From: Candidatus Micrarchaeia archaeon
GTDB lineage: Archaea; Micrarchaeota; Micrarchaeia; CABMEP01
Reading direction: 5' to 3'
DNA length: 64,000 nt
Assembly (NCBI GenBank): GCA_038881595.1
Contig: JAVZPM010000002.1
Location: forward strand, 64,001-128,000
In this document: in pieces, positions 50,404-58,953 of the stretch
How positions within the stretch are numbered: position 1 is the first letter of the stretch
Layout: the number at the start of each line of letters is the position of its first letter
Position numbers and translations under genes: made by a program
The notes under the pieces: generated by a model
Database searches by the model: none
What the model was told of the DNA's origin: nothing
The model's input: the letters and a program-made list of their open reading frames with translations, nothing else

Positions 50404-51984
50404 ATGCTATTTGAACTGATATTTATTCTTGCAGGAGTTGCAATATTTATCTATAGTATTGAACAGCTTAGTGATCAGCTCCTGAGAGTTTCAAAAGAAA
50501 GACTTAAAGAAATACTTCAAAGATTTACAGATAAACCTATAAAAGCATTAGGGACAGGTTTAATAGTAACTGCAATTATTCAGTCCAGTACTGCAACTAC
50601 TTCTATCTTAGTTTCTCTTGTCAATGCAGGTTTAATATCGTTTGAACAAAGTCTCGGTGTCATAGCCGGTGCACATATAGGAACAACAGTTACAGCACAA
50701 CTTGTGGCGTTTAGATTTATGGGATTTGCACCTGTTTTTATATTATTAGGGTTCCTATTAAGTTTGTTCCAGAGATATAACCTTCTAGGGAAGTCAATCT
50801 TTCTTTTTGGTCTTGTATTTTTTGCACTTTCTATAATATCAGAAGCAACAGGTCCATTTAAAGAGAGCCAAGAATTAAAGGACTTGCTTGTTTCTTTAGA
50901 TAATCCATTATATTCTATTATTGCAGGTATTGTTTTAACCTTATTACTTCAATCCAGCTCAATAGTCACTGCGCTTGCAGTTTTGCTTACGATGGAAGGT
51001 TTGATTCCTGTATCCATATCAATTCCATTAGTATTGGGAAGTAACATAGGAACCACATCTACAGTTTTATTTGTTTCAAAGAATATGGACATATATGCAA
51101 AGAGGACTGCTTACGCGCATTTTCTTTTCAGCACTGTAGGTGTCATTCTTATTTATCCTTTTCTTAGTGACTTCACTTATTTTGTAAATTCTATAAGTTT
51201 TAATGAAGGTTCAGCTGTTGCAAATGCACATACGATATTTAATGTGATGATGGCTGTTATATTTCTCTTTTCATTGCCTTTTTTCATAAAATTAATAGAG
51301 AAATTAACTCCGACTACAGAAAAGCAGATTTTATTCACACCTAAATATATAAAGAAAATACCACGTGATACAGATCTCGCAATAGAAAAAATAAAACTCG
51401 AGTTAATTAATCATTTACAAATATCTAAAGAGATGTTTACAATTGCAACTGATATGATTGCAAATAAGGACATATCAAAATTGCAAACAATAGAGAAGTA
51501 TGAATCTTTAAGCGACTATCTAGACTCTAAGATAACCAGTGCGCTTGTTGAGCTTTCTCAAAGAAATCTTACAGAAAGGCAATCTTCTCAGATCGTTATT
51601 CTTTCGAAAATATCCAATGAAATTGAAAGATTGGCAGACACTGCTCATGATTATGCATATATAACGCAAAAATTGAATGAGAACAATTTAGAGTTTTCAA
51701 AAGATTCCATCAGGGACATATTGAAAATAAAGTTCGCTCTTGATGAAATTTATGATTTTATTGAATTCAATTTCAATTCAATTAATAATTCTAAATTATC
51801 AAAGATAATCAAAATGAGAAAAAATGTAGATAAGCTTATATCTTCTTCGCATAGATTAAGAATTAAACTGCTTTCAGATGAAAAGATCGGTACGTACTCC
51901 ACTGTTTTATTTATTGATGCAATTTCTTCTTTTGAGGAAGCAGTTTCAGTTTTGGTAAGAATATCAAAGAATCTAAAAATGTAA
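50404..51984 (+). CDS. Na+/Pi cotransporter family protein with PhoU-like C-terminal domain
   Basis: Repeated QSS motifs (IIQSSTAT, LLQSSS), GAHIGTT/GSNIGTT, helical C-terminal domain. Confidence 0.92.
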   Translation: MLFELIFILAGVAIFIYSIEQLSDQLLRVSKERLKEILQRFTDKPIKALGTGLIVTAIIQSSTATTSILVSLVNAGLISFEQSLGVIAGAHIGTTVTAQLVAFRFMGFAPVFILLGFLLSLFQRYNLLGKSIFLFGLVFFALSIISEATGPFKESQELKDLLVSLDNPLYSIIAGIVLTLLLQSSSIVTALAVLLTMEGLIPVSISIPLVLGSNIGTTSTVLFVSKNMDIYAKRTAYAHFLFSTVGVILIYPFLSDFTYFVNSISFNEGSAVANAHTIFNVMMAVIFLFSLPFFIKLIEKLTPTTEKQILFTPKYIKKIPRDTDLAIEKIKLELINHLQISKEMFTIATDMIANKDISKLQTIEKYESLSDYLDSKITSALVELSQRNLTERQSSQIVILSKISNEIERLADTAHDYAYITQKLNENNLEFSKDSIRDILKIKFALDEIYDFIEFNFNSINNSKLSKIIKMRKNVDKLISSSHRLRIKLLSDEKIGTYSTVLFIDAISSFEEAVSVLVRISKNLKM

Positions 51985-52023
51985 TTATTTTAAGATAAAT
52001 TTGAATATATTAATTCAACTACT

Positions 52024-52057
52024 TTATGTTTGGTTAATGATTATGTTTGGTTAATGA
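52024..52057. repeat. 17-bp tandem duplication
   Basis: TTATGTTTGGTTAATGA x2 between convergent genes. Confidence 0.7.
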
Positions 52058-52060
52058 AGA

Positions 52061-52651
52061 TTAGTAATCGACCCCCCATCTTGCAAGAATTCCTTTGTCA
52101 AATGGGTGCTTTATTTTTTTAACTTCACTGACTAAATCGGCGATTTCGATTATTTTTTCATTAGGCTTAAACCCAGTGAGTATAACTTCTGTATACTTAT
52201 TTTTTTTCTTTAGAATATCAAGTATTTCATCGTATGTGAAATGCCCAAATGCAGCTGCAGTATTTATCTCGTCTAAAATAACTAAATCATATTCCCCTGA
52301 AGAAAGAAGTTTTTTGCTTAGTTTTAAACCTTTCTTAGATTTTTCAATTATGTGTTTATCATAATCAAAATAAATCTTAGTAATTTTCGCTTTTCCATCT
52401 CTTACAAGTTTATCATATTCTTTTCCAGCAGAAGGCCCCAATTCAAATATTTTTATTTTGTGTTTTTTAAGATAGTTAAATTCTCCGCTTATTCCTCCAT
52501 CTTTAAGAAATTGAACTACCGCAACTTTTAATCCATGCCCAGCTGCTCTGATCGCGGTTCCAATTGCCGCGCTTGTCTTTCCTCTTCCATCACCATAAAA
52601 TACCTGGATTAATCCAATTTCTAATTTTTTCTTTTTATTATTCTTTTCCAT
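52061..52651 (-). CDS. cobA: ATP:cob(I)alamin adenosyltransferase (CobA/BtuR/CobO)
   Basis: GDGRGKTSAA, VVQFLK, VILDEI, EVILTG, ADLVSE...KHPF..G. Confidence 0.92.
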   Translation of the reverse strand: MEKNNKKKKLEIGLIQVFYGDGRGKTSAAIGTAIRAAGHGLKVAVVQFLKDGGISGEFNYLKKHKIKIFELGPSAGKEYDKLVRDGKAKITKIYFDYDKHIIEKSKKGLKLSKKLLSSGEYDLVILDEINTAAAFGHFTYDEILDILKKKNKYTEVILTGFKPNEKIIEIADLVSEVKKIKHPFDKGILARWGVDY

Positions 52652-52718
52652 GTTTTAATTATGATGTGTTCATTTTAAATCCTTTATGGATTTGTTATTG
52701 CAATGTTAAAGGTTTAAA

Positions 52719-52737
52719 AACTTAACAGTGTAAAGTT
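52719..52737. promoter_or_regulatory. Near-palindromic candidate operator upstream of regulator-iscS-iscU
   Basis: AACTTAACA-G-TGTAAAGTT (8 of 9 pairs) between TTTAAAAA box and ATG. Confidence 0.45.
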
Positions 52738-52741
52738 ATTT

Positions 52742-53110
52742 ATGATACCTTGCGAATTCATGGTTACTGAACTTCTTCCTACAATAAGAAAGGAAACTGT
52801 GAAGTTTCTTATTTCAAAAAATTACTCTCAAAGAGAGGTTTCAAAAATGATAGGTATTTCAGAAGCGGCAGTTTCATTATACTTGAAAAAGAAAAGAGGA
52901 TTGCATAAGAAGGAATTAGAAAAAATTATTACAGATTACATTCAAAAAAACTATGATTTCAATAGAACATTCACTGAGAATGTTTGTAATCTTTGCAATG
53001 ATTTTAGAAAATCCGGTTATTTCTGTAAAAGCCATAGAATAATATCAAAAATACCTAAAGAAGAGTGCAAAGGTTGTTTCATAAATCATAAAGATGGTGA
53101 GATTAAATGA
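52742..53110 (+). CDS. HTH transcriptional regulator with Cys-rich C-terminus
   Basis: PCE...LLPTIR, SQREVSKMIGISEAAVSLYL..KRG HTH; CxxC...CxxH...CxxC. Confidence 0.85.
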   Translation: MIPCEFMVTELLPTIRKETVKFLISKNYSQREVSKMIGISEAAVSLYLKKKRGLHKKELEKIITDYIQKNYDFNRTFTENVCNLCNDFRKSGYFCKSHRIISKIPKEECKGCFINHKDGEIK

Positions 53111-54279
53111 AAAGAATATATCTTGATTATGCAGCCACTACTCCTGTAAGAGATGAAGTTATTAAGGAAATGTTGCCTTATTTTAACAAGAATTTTGGAA
53201 ATGCTTCTTCTCTTCATATGGATGGAAGAATTGCTGCAAATGCATTAAAAAAAGCAAGAGAAAAAATTGCAAATATAATAAATGTCTTACCGGAAGAGAT
53301 AGTATTTACTTCAGGAGGGACGGAATCTGATAATCTTGCAATAAAAGGAATTGCTTATGCAAATAAAGACAAAGGAAATCATATAATAACTTCTTCAATT
53401 GAACATCATGCTGTACTAAATACGGTAAAGGAGTTAGAAAAAGAAGGCTTTAAAGTTACTTTTCTTCCCGTTAATAAATTCGGAGAAGTGAGTCCTAAAG
53501 ATGTTGAGAATGCAATAACGGATAAGACAATATTAATTTCTATTATGCATGCAAATAATGAGATAGGTACAATCCAGCCTATAGATAAGATAGGTAAGGT
53601 AGCAAAGAAGTATAATATTCCTTTTCATGTAGATGCAGTTCAGAGTTTTTGCCACATTCCAGTTGATGTAAAGAAAATGAATATCTCTCTTTTATCAGTC
53701 TCATCACACAAAATTGGGGGGCCAAAAGGAGTAGGAGCACTTTATGTCAGAAAAGATTTAAAATTGAAACCTCTGCTTACTGGCGGGCCGCATGAATTCA
53801 ATAAAAGAGCAGGAACAGAAAATATTCCAGGAATTGTTGGCTTTGCAAAAGCAGCTGAAATATCATCAAATGAAATGGAGAAGGAAAGCAAAAGGTTGTC
53901 AAGGCTTAGAGACAAACTAATCAAATCAATTCTTTCAGAAGTTCCAGGATCAAGATTAAATGGACATCCTAAGAATAGGCTTCCAAACAATGTAAATTTT
54001 GGTTTTATTGGCGTAGAAGGAGAGGCATTACTTCTAATGCTTGATTCTTTAGGAATTTCAGCTTCAACAGGATCTGCATGTTCATCACATGATCTTTCAC
54101 CTTCTCATGTATTACTTGCATTAGATCCCGATCCAGTTAAGGCGCATGGTTCTCTTAGATTAACATTAGGATATAAAACAAAAGAAGAAGAAATAGATAA
54201 AGTAATAAAGGTCATTCCTAAGATTGTTAATCAGATAAGAAAGATTACACCAAGAATAGAGGGGGTAACTACTTACTGA
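53107..54279 (+). CDS. iscS: Cysteine desulfurase IscS/NifS
   Basis: YLDYAATTP, EHHAV, HVDAVQ, SSHKIGGPKG, STGSACSS. Confidence 0.96.
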   Translation: MKRIYLDYAATTPVRDEVIKEMLPYFNKNFGNASSLHMDGRIAANALKKAREKIANIINVLPEEIVFTSGGTESDNLAIKGIAYANKDKGNHIITSSIEHHAVLNTVKELEKEGFKVTFLPVNKFGEVSPKDVENAITDKTILISIMHANNEIGTIQPIDKIGKVAKKYNIPFHVDAVQSFCHIPVDVKKMNISLLSVSSHKIGGPKGVGALYVRKDLKLKPLLTGGPHEFNKRAGTENIPGIVGFAKAAEISSNEMEKESKRLSRLRDKLIKSILSEVPGSRLNGHPKNRLPNNVNFGFIGVEGEALLLMLDSLGISASTGSACSSHDLSPSHVLLALDPDPVKAHGSLRLTLGYKTKEEEIDKVIKVIPKIVNQIRKITPRIEGVTTY

Positions 54280-54303
54280 TATAAAATCTAAAATGGTGAT
54301 TAT

Positions 54304-54756
54304 ATGGTAAAAAATGAGCGTACAAAAAAGAACAAAAGCGCAGAGAAGACCAAAAGTCAGGAAATTACAAATTCATCTCTTTATACTCAAAAAGTAATGG
54401 AACATTTCATGAATCCGCATAATATGGGTGAGATAAAGGACGCAGATGCAATTGGAGAGGCAGGCAATGCAGTCTGCGGAGATGTTATGTATCTTTATCT
54501 GAAGATCAAGGATAATAGGATAAAAGACATAAAATTTAAGACACTGGGATGCGCTGCAGCTATAGCAACCAGTAGTATGGTGACGGATTTGGCGAAGGGA
54601 AAAACATTGGAGGAAGCGATTAAGATAACAAACAAAGAAGTTGCAGAAGAACTTGGTGGTCTTCCAGCTGTTAAAATGCATTGCTCTGTACTTGCACAGC
54701 AAGCATTAAAGAATGCAATTGAAAACTATTGGAAGAAACAGAAAAAGAAAGAATAG
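54304..54756 (+). CDS. iscU: Fe-S cluster scaffold IscU/NifU
   Basis: HFMNPHNMG, GNAVCGD, GCAAAIA, LPAVKMHCS. Confidence 0.96.
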   Translation: MVKNERTKKNKSAEKTKSQEITNSSLYTQKVMEHFMNPHNMGEIKDADAIGEAGNAVCGDVMYLYLKIKDNRIKDIKFKTLGCAAAIATSSMVTDLAKGKTLEEAIKITNKEVAEELGGLPAVKMHCSVLAQQALKNAIENYWKKQKKKE

Positions 54757-54814
54757 AGATTTTTGTAATCTATAAAAACAAATATTTATATATTAAGATG
54801 TAGTGTTATTTTTT

Positions 54815-55291
54815 ATGCAAAATCAAAATTTCAAGCAAACAAATCAAAATAGTTTAAATTTAGGAGTTCGTTGCTATTCAAAATTTACAAAATTATTAGA
54901 AGAAGGATATATTAGTTCAGTGGAGTATATTAAAAATAATCCAGCGAGAGTTTTAAAATTAGGTTCTACCACTATTCTTTTTTCATTTATGCTAGGATAT
55001 GTTTTAGGAACTAAGAATGTTAGTGAAAATATGGTTAGATCTGTCAATTCCACTCTCTCATCTATTGATAGACAGAATCTTAAGATTATTTCAAAATTAG
55101 AAGAGATATCTGTAATGCAGAATAATTTGAATGAAAGAGTAAAGTCTTTGGAACAGCAATCTAAAGCTAGATTAGATACTATAGAAAACAAAATTCAGTT
55201 CCAAAAAGCATCGGAAGAAGGTCAAAAAAAGGTAGAAGAAATCAAAAAGAAAAATAAGTGGAAGAAATTGCTTCCATGGAATTGGTTCTAA
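54815..55291 (+). CDS. Hypothetical single-TM coiled-coil protein
   Basis: One hydrophobic segment followed by heptad-like region. Confidence 0.55.
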   Translation: MQNQNFKQTNQNSLNLGVRCYSKFTKLLEEGYISSVEYIKNNPARVLKLGSTTILFSFMLGYVLGTKNVSENMVRSVNSTLSSIDRQNLKIISKLEEISVMQNNLNERVKSLEQQSKARLDTIENKIQFQKASEEGQKKVEEIKKKNKWKKLLPWNWF

Positions 55292-55359
55292 AAATATTGT
55301 ATTAGTAAGGGAGTTGTTTTTAATTCTTTTTTTACATATTATTTTCATTATTATTTGAT

Positions 55360-55466
55360 GCCCCTGTAGCTCAGCTTGGATAGAGCGACTGTCAGACTTA
55401 ACTTGTTGTTTTGTCTGGTCGAACCTCCTAAGCAGTAGGTCGAGGGTTCAAATCCCTCCGGGGGCG
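55360..55466 (+). tRNA. tRNA-Arg(CCT) with 32-nt non-canonical intron at 30/31 (55392-55423)
   Basis: Acceptor GCCCCTG/CGGGGGC; spliced stem ACTGC/GCAGT with loop CTCCTAA; strict BHB. Confidence 0.9.
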
Positions 55467-55548
55467 CTAAAAACCCCTTTTATTTAAATTCTACAGAATA
55501 AGATAATTATTTAAATATTTCCGAATATATATGTATGAGGCAGATAAA

Positions 55549-55734
55549 ATGGAAAAGGTAAAGATAGGTATCCAGGTTCGTAAATCAAAGCAGACTCTTT
55601 TGCAAAGAAGCATAGGGACATTAGAGCGAGGCATAAGGACCTTTAAATCGATAGCAGTTGAAGGCATCTTTAAGAAAAAGAAATTTACAAAAGAAGAATT
55701 AGAGCAAGCTGAACAAGCTTGGATCAGGGGCTGA
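55549..55734 (+). CDS. Hypothetical small protein
   Basis: Short ORF with GAGG upstream of ATG 55549. Confidence 0.4.
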   Translation: MEKVKIGIQVRKSKQTLLQRSIGTLERGIRTFKSIAVEGIFKKKKFTKEELEQAEQAWIRG

Positions 55735-55865
55735 ACACTAATTTTCATTATACATTAATTCCATTATATATTTATATTCATTTAAAGTTATTTCACTTGC
55801 TTTTTCCTTTCATGATTTTCTAGAATAAAATCAACATTTTTAAAATTATTGATTAAACTATTCTT

Positions 55866-56558
55866 ATGAATAAAAAAGAAAAAAGATCCAAACACGATTT
55901 GCTTCAGATATTTCCAGGCATATTCAAAATAGACGACAAGTTAGCTACTCTTAATGCCTACCCTGGAAATACAGTTTATGGTGAGCGATTAATAGATGTA
56001 GAAGATAAAGAATATAGATTATGGGATCCATTCAGATCAAAGCTTGCAGGAGCAATAAAAAAAGGTCTTAAATCGAGCGGGATAAAGAAAGGAGATTCCG
56101 TGCTTTATCTTGGAGCTGCAAGCGGAACAACTTGTTCTCATATTTCAGATATCATAGGAAAGAATGGCATTATTTACTGTGTTGAGTTTTCAGAGAGGCC
56201 TTTGAGAGATCTTATCTCAGTCTGCGAAATAAGAGACAACATGATTCCGATATTGGGTGATGCACGAAAACCTCAAGAATATAAGAAGTATATTGAAAGT
56301 AAGGTAGATTTCATATATCAAGATGTTGCACAGCCAGATCAGATAAGAATATTCAAGCTTAACTCTGACATGTTTTTGAAGGAAGGTGGAGAAGGATTCA
56401 TATGCATAAAGTCTCAATCAATTGATGTCACAAAGGCATCAAAAGAAGTATATAAGGAATCATTAAAAGAACTTAAAGATTATGGTTTTACGATTTTACA
56501 GGTGATTGAGCTTTCCCCTTATGATTTAAATCATCTTTTTGTTCATGTTAAAAAATAA
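55866..56558 (+). CDS. flpA: Fibrillarin-like rRNA/tRNA 2'-O-methyltransferase
   Basis: VYGER, WDPFRSKLA, VLYLGAASGTT.SH, YQDVAQPDQ. Confidence 0.96.
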   Translation: MNKKEKRSKHDLLQIFPGIFKIDDKLATLNAYPGNTVYGERLIDVEDKEYRLWDPFRSKLAGAIKKGLKSSGIKKGDSVLYLGAASGTTCSHISDIIGKNGIIYCVEFSERPLRDLISVCEIRDNMIPILGDARKPQEYKKYIESKVDFIYQDVAQPDQIRIFKLNSDMFLKEGGEGFICIKSQSIDVTKASKEVYKESLKELKDYGFTILQVIELSPYDLNHLFVHVKK

Positions 56559-56602
56559 TAAAATAGACAAGAATAATAAAAAAATAAAGTCTTCTATTTT
56601 TA

Positions 56603-57550
56603 TTATTCTTTACATTGTTCCAGTTTTGGATATAAGTAACAATAGGCATTGTTTATGTATGCTGGATAAATTATATACATGCAATCTACAACAATCATTG
56701 GGGTTGTTGGTTTGCCAATAAATGTTTCTGCAAATCTTTCATCAGTTCTTAATTCTCCTTTCGGATAGTCATCATTTACACATTTCTTTATCAAATCTAT
56801 ATTTCCTCCGTTTTGTTGAATACACGTTAAAAGTTCTTCTTCAGAAAGGAATTCTTTCTTTTCATTGTATCTGTTTATTACGCAGGTTTTGAATTCATTG
56901 AAATAGTCTTTATCTTTTGTGCATTCATAATATAAAAGCGCAATATATGCAGAGGAATTTACATTTTCTGTTATGTCTTTATAGGTGTATGTTGAAAGAA
57001 TCCTGTAGTTTAGTCGTATGTCTTCATTGAATGTTTGAATGAATTTTTTGATTTCGCTATCGTATTTTATTGACCACGGATCATATGGATCAATATAAAC
57101 ATCAACCGTCTTTTTATCTCCAACGCTGCATCCAATTTCTTTTCCAGTTTTTCTAATGGTGGAAGGTTCTGATGGTATTACTAGATTTTGGCTTACTTTG
57201 TTAATCGTAAAATCATTTGCATTCATCCATAAATCAATATTTACTATTCCATCTGTTGAGTATCCGTTAATATTTATTTTCCATATTCCATTTTCAAGAG
57301 TTTTATTGTTTATAGTGATATTTACTATGCCATAGTATAGATTAAGGAAACGTATAGCTCTGTTGTCGATAATAGCCGATGGCCCTTCGTCTCCAAATGG
57401 AATTTTGATTCCAAGAACAAATAAAGCAAAAATAAATGCGAATATTACAAAAAATAGTAAGTATGGAAAGCTTATTTTTTCTTTTACTTTTTCTTTTACC
57501 GAGTGTAGTACCTGTCTTATCTTTGATTTGTTCTGTCTTCTTGATTTCAT
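56603..57550 (-). CDS. Membrane-anchored thioredoxin/DsbA-fold protein lacking CxxC
   Basis: N-terminal TM; VYIDPYDPWS at the CxxC position; TTPM cis-Pro-like loop. Confidence 0.55.
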   Translation of the reverse strand: MKSRRQNKSKIRQVLHSVKEKVKEKISFPYLLFFVIFAFIFALFVLGIKIPFGDEGPSAIIDNRAIRFLNLYYGIVNITINNKTLENGIWKININGYSTDGIVNIDLWMNANDFTINKVSQNLVIPSEPSTIRKTGKEIGCSVGDKKTVDVYIDPYDPWSIKYDSEIKKFIQTFNEDIRLNYRILSTYTYKDITENVNSSAYIALLYYECTKDKDYFNEFKTCVINRYNEKKEFLSEEELLTCIQQNGGNIDLIKKCVNDDYPKGELRTDERFAETFIGKPTTPMIVVDCMYIIYPAYINNAYCYLYPKLEQCKE

Positions 57551-57572
57551 TTAACCACCTTTCTGTATATCT

Positions 57573-58118
57573 TTATCTGCATTGCGATAGAAATAAGTTT
57601 AATTCAGATTCTGAATTAAAACTTCCAATATGTATCTGAGAATTTTTCAAGCATATATATGTAGGAGTGCCTTCCAATTCAAATGAGTTCATGCAATTCA
57701 TGAATTTGATCAGCTGTTCAGTATTTTCTGTACTTATCATTCTTATATTATATTCAGTTTTCATTTTAGCTATCCAAGGGGTGTTCTTCTGTGAATAAAC
57801 ACAATCCTCTCCGTATATATAAATAACTGACTCATTAATTCCATATCCAGTTAGACATTCTGTAGTTGTTTTTCCAGCACTTTGCTTTATAATTATTGAA
57901 ACGTTAGTTTTATTCACATTATTAATCTGGCCTTCTTGATTCTCTCTGAATAATATAATCAAAGATATAAATGCAATAAACACTAATATAATTAGAACTG
58001 CAATTATACTTCTATTCTTGTTATTTATATTACTTGTATTTCTGTTTATTTCCTCATCCCTTTTCTTGCTTTCTAGCTCTTTAGCTGTTTTTTTCTTTTT
58101 ATTCTTTTTCTTTGCCAT
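57573..58118 (-). CDS. Membrane-anchored thioredoxin-fold protein (CxxS)
   Basis: N-terminal TM; YGEDCVYS; EGTPTY. Confidence 0.55.
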   Translation of the reverse strand: MAKKKNKKKKTAKELESKKRDEEINRNTSNINNKNRSIIAVLIILVFIAFISLIILFRENQEGQINNVNKTNVSIIIKQSAGKTTTECLTGYGINESVIYIYGEDCVYSQKNTPWIAKMKTEYNIRMISTENTEQLIKFMNCMNSFELEGTPTYICLKNSQIHIGSFNSESELNLFLSQCR

Positions 58119-58256
58119 AATCTAAATTGAATATAAAGGATTAAAAATTTAAAGTAGATAATATAATAAAACATATATGGATAACTATCGTGGTTAGAGC
58201 AATAATTTAATATTTTTACTTACAGATATATATTTATGTAATGGGTTGAGCGTCAT

Positions 58257-58368
58257 CCCACCGTAGCTCAATCTGGCAGAGCATCTCGCTGTAGTCCAGC
58301 CTGTCAGATCCTCTGACAGTCGTTTTGTAGAAACGAGAGGGTTGCTGGTTCAAATCCGGCCGGTGGGA
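58257..58368 (+). tRNA. tRNA-Tyr(GTA) with 38-nt intron at 37/38 (58295-58332)
   Basis: C1:G72, A73; acceptor CCCACCG/CGGTGGG; anticodon stem TCTCG/CGAGA. Confidence 0.93.
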
Positions 58369-58382
58369 CTTGAAAAAAATGC

Positions 58383-58492
58383 GCTTGGGTGGTGTAGAAC
58401 CTTGTTGCGCAGGTTCTGCGCACATGGTGCACAGTGGTCTAGCATTGCGGCCTGTCACGCCGCCGACCCGGGTTCGAATCCCGGCCCAGGCG
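58383..58492 (+). tRNA. tRNA-Asp(GTC) with 37-nt D-loop intron at 15/16 (58398-58434)
   Basis: Acceptor GCTTGGG/CCCAGGC, G73; anticodon stem GCGGC/GCCGC; GTGT/GCAC central helix with AGA and AGT bulges. Confidence 0.88.
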
Positions 58493-58577
58493 CTTTTATA
58501 TTCATTTTTATATTCTTATTTTTATAAATAAGAATAATTAAATTTAAGAATAACTAAATTAAGTCATTTTCATTAAC

Positions 58578-58913
58578 TTATTTTGGGCATTCTCCTTCTG
58601 TCCAATATTCAACTTTAGGATCTTGGCATGCGAAACATTTATTAGAATACGTTGCTGCACAAGGATATCTCACACATTTTATTGATTCATTAAACCATCC
58701 ACATACTGGCTCATATAAAGCAATGCAAACCTCTGCTTTTCTTGACTCTGGCGTACAATAATTCTGTTTTTTATAATCAAAATGATCAGAATTTTCTTTA
58801 ATCACTTTATCTGCAATGTAAATTAAAGCAGCTATTGCAATTATAGCTATCACAAAGTAGAAAACAATTTTCATTTTTTTATACATTTTAATTTTCACTT
58901 CCTTTCCCTTCAT
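58578..58913 (-). CDS. Membrane-anchored Kazal-like domain protein
   Basis: CIALYEPVCG...TYSNKCFAC...GEC pattern after an N-terminal TM helix. Confidence 0.75.
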   Translation of the reverse strand: MKGKEVKIKMYKKMKIVFYFVIAIIAIAALIYIADKVIKENSDHFDYKKQNYCTPESRKAEVCIALYEPVCGWFNESIKCVRYPCAATYSNKCFACQDPKVEYWTEGECPK

Positions 58914-58953
58914 AAGATCACTCTCAGATATTTTACAAATAACTCCATAAATA

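Noticed and set aside
52024..52057. 17-bp tandem repeat as a CRISPR remnant
   Set aside because: Only two copies, no spacer and no cas genes; likely slippage in a terminator region
58234..58527. Two short ORFs in a GC-rich patch
   Set aside because: They overlap tRNA-Tyr and tRNA-Asp, which explain the GC content
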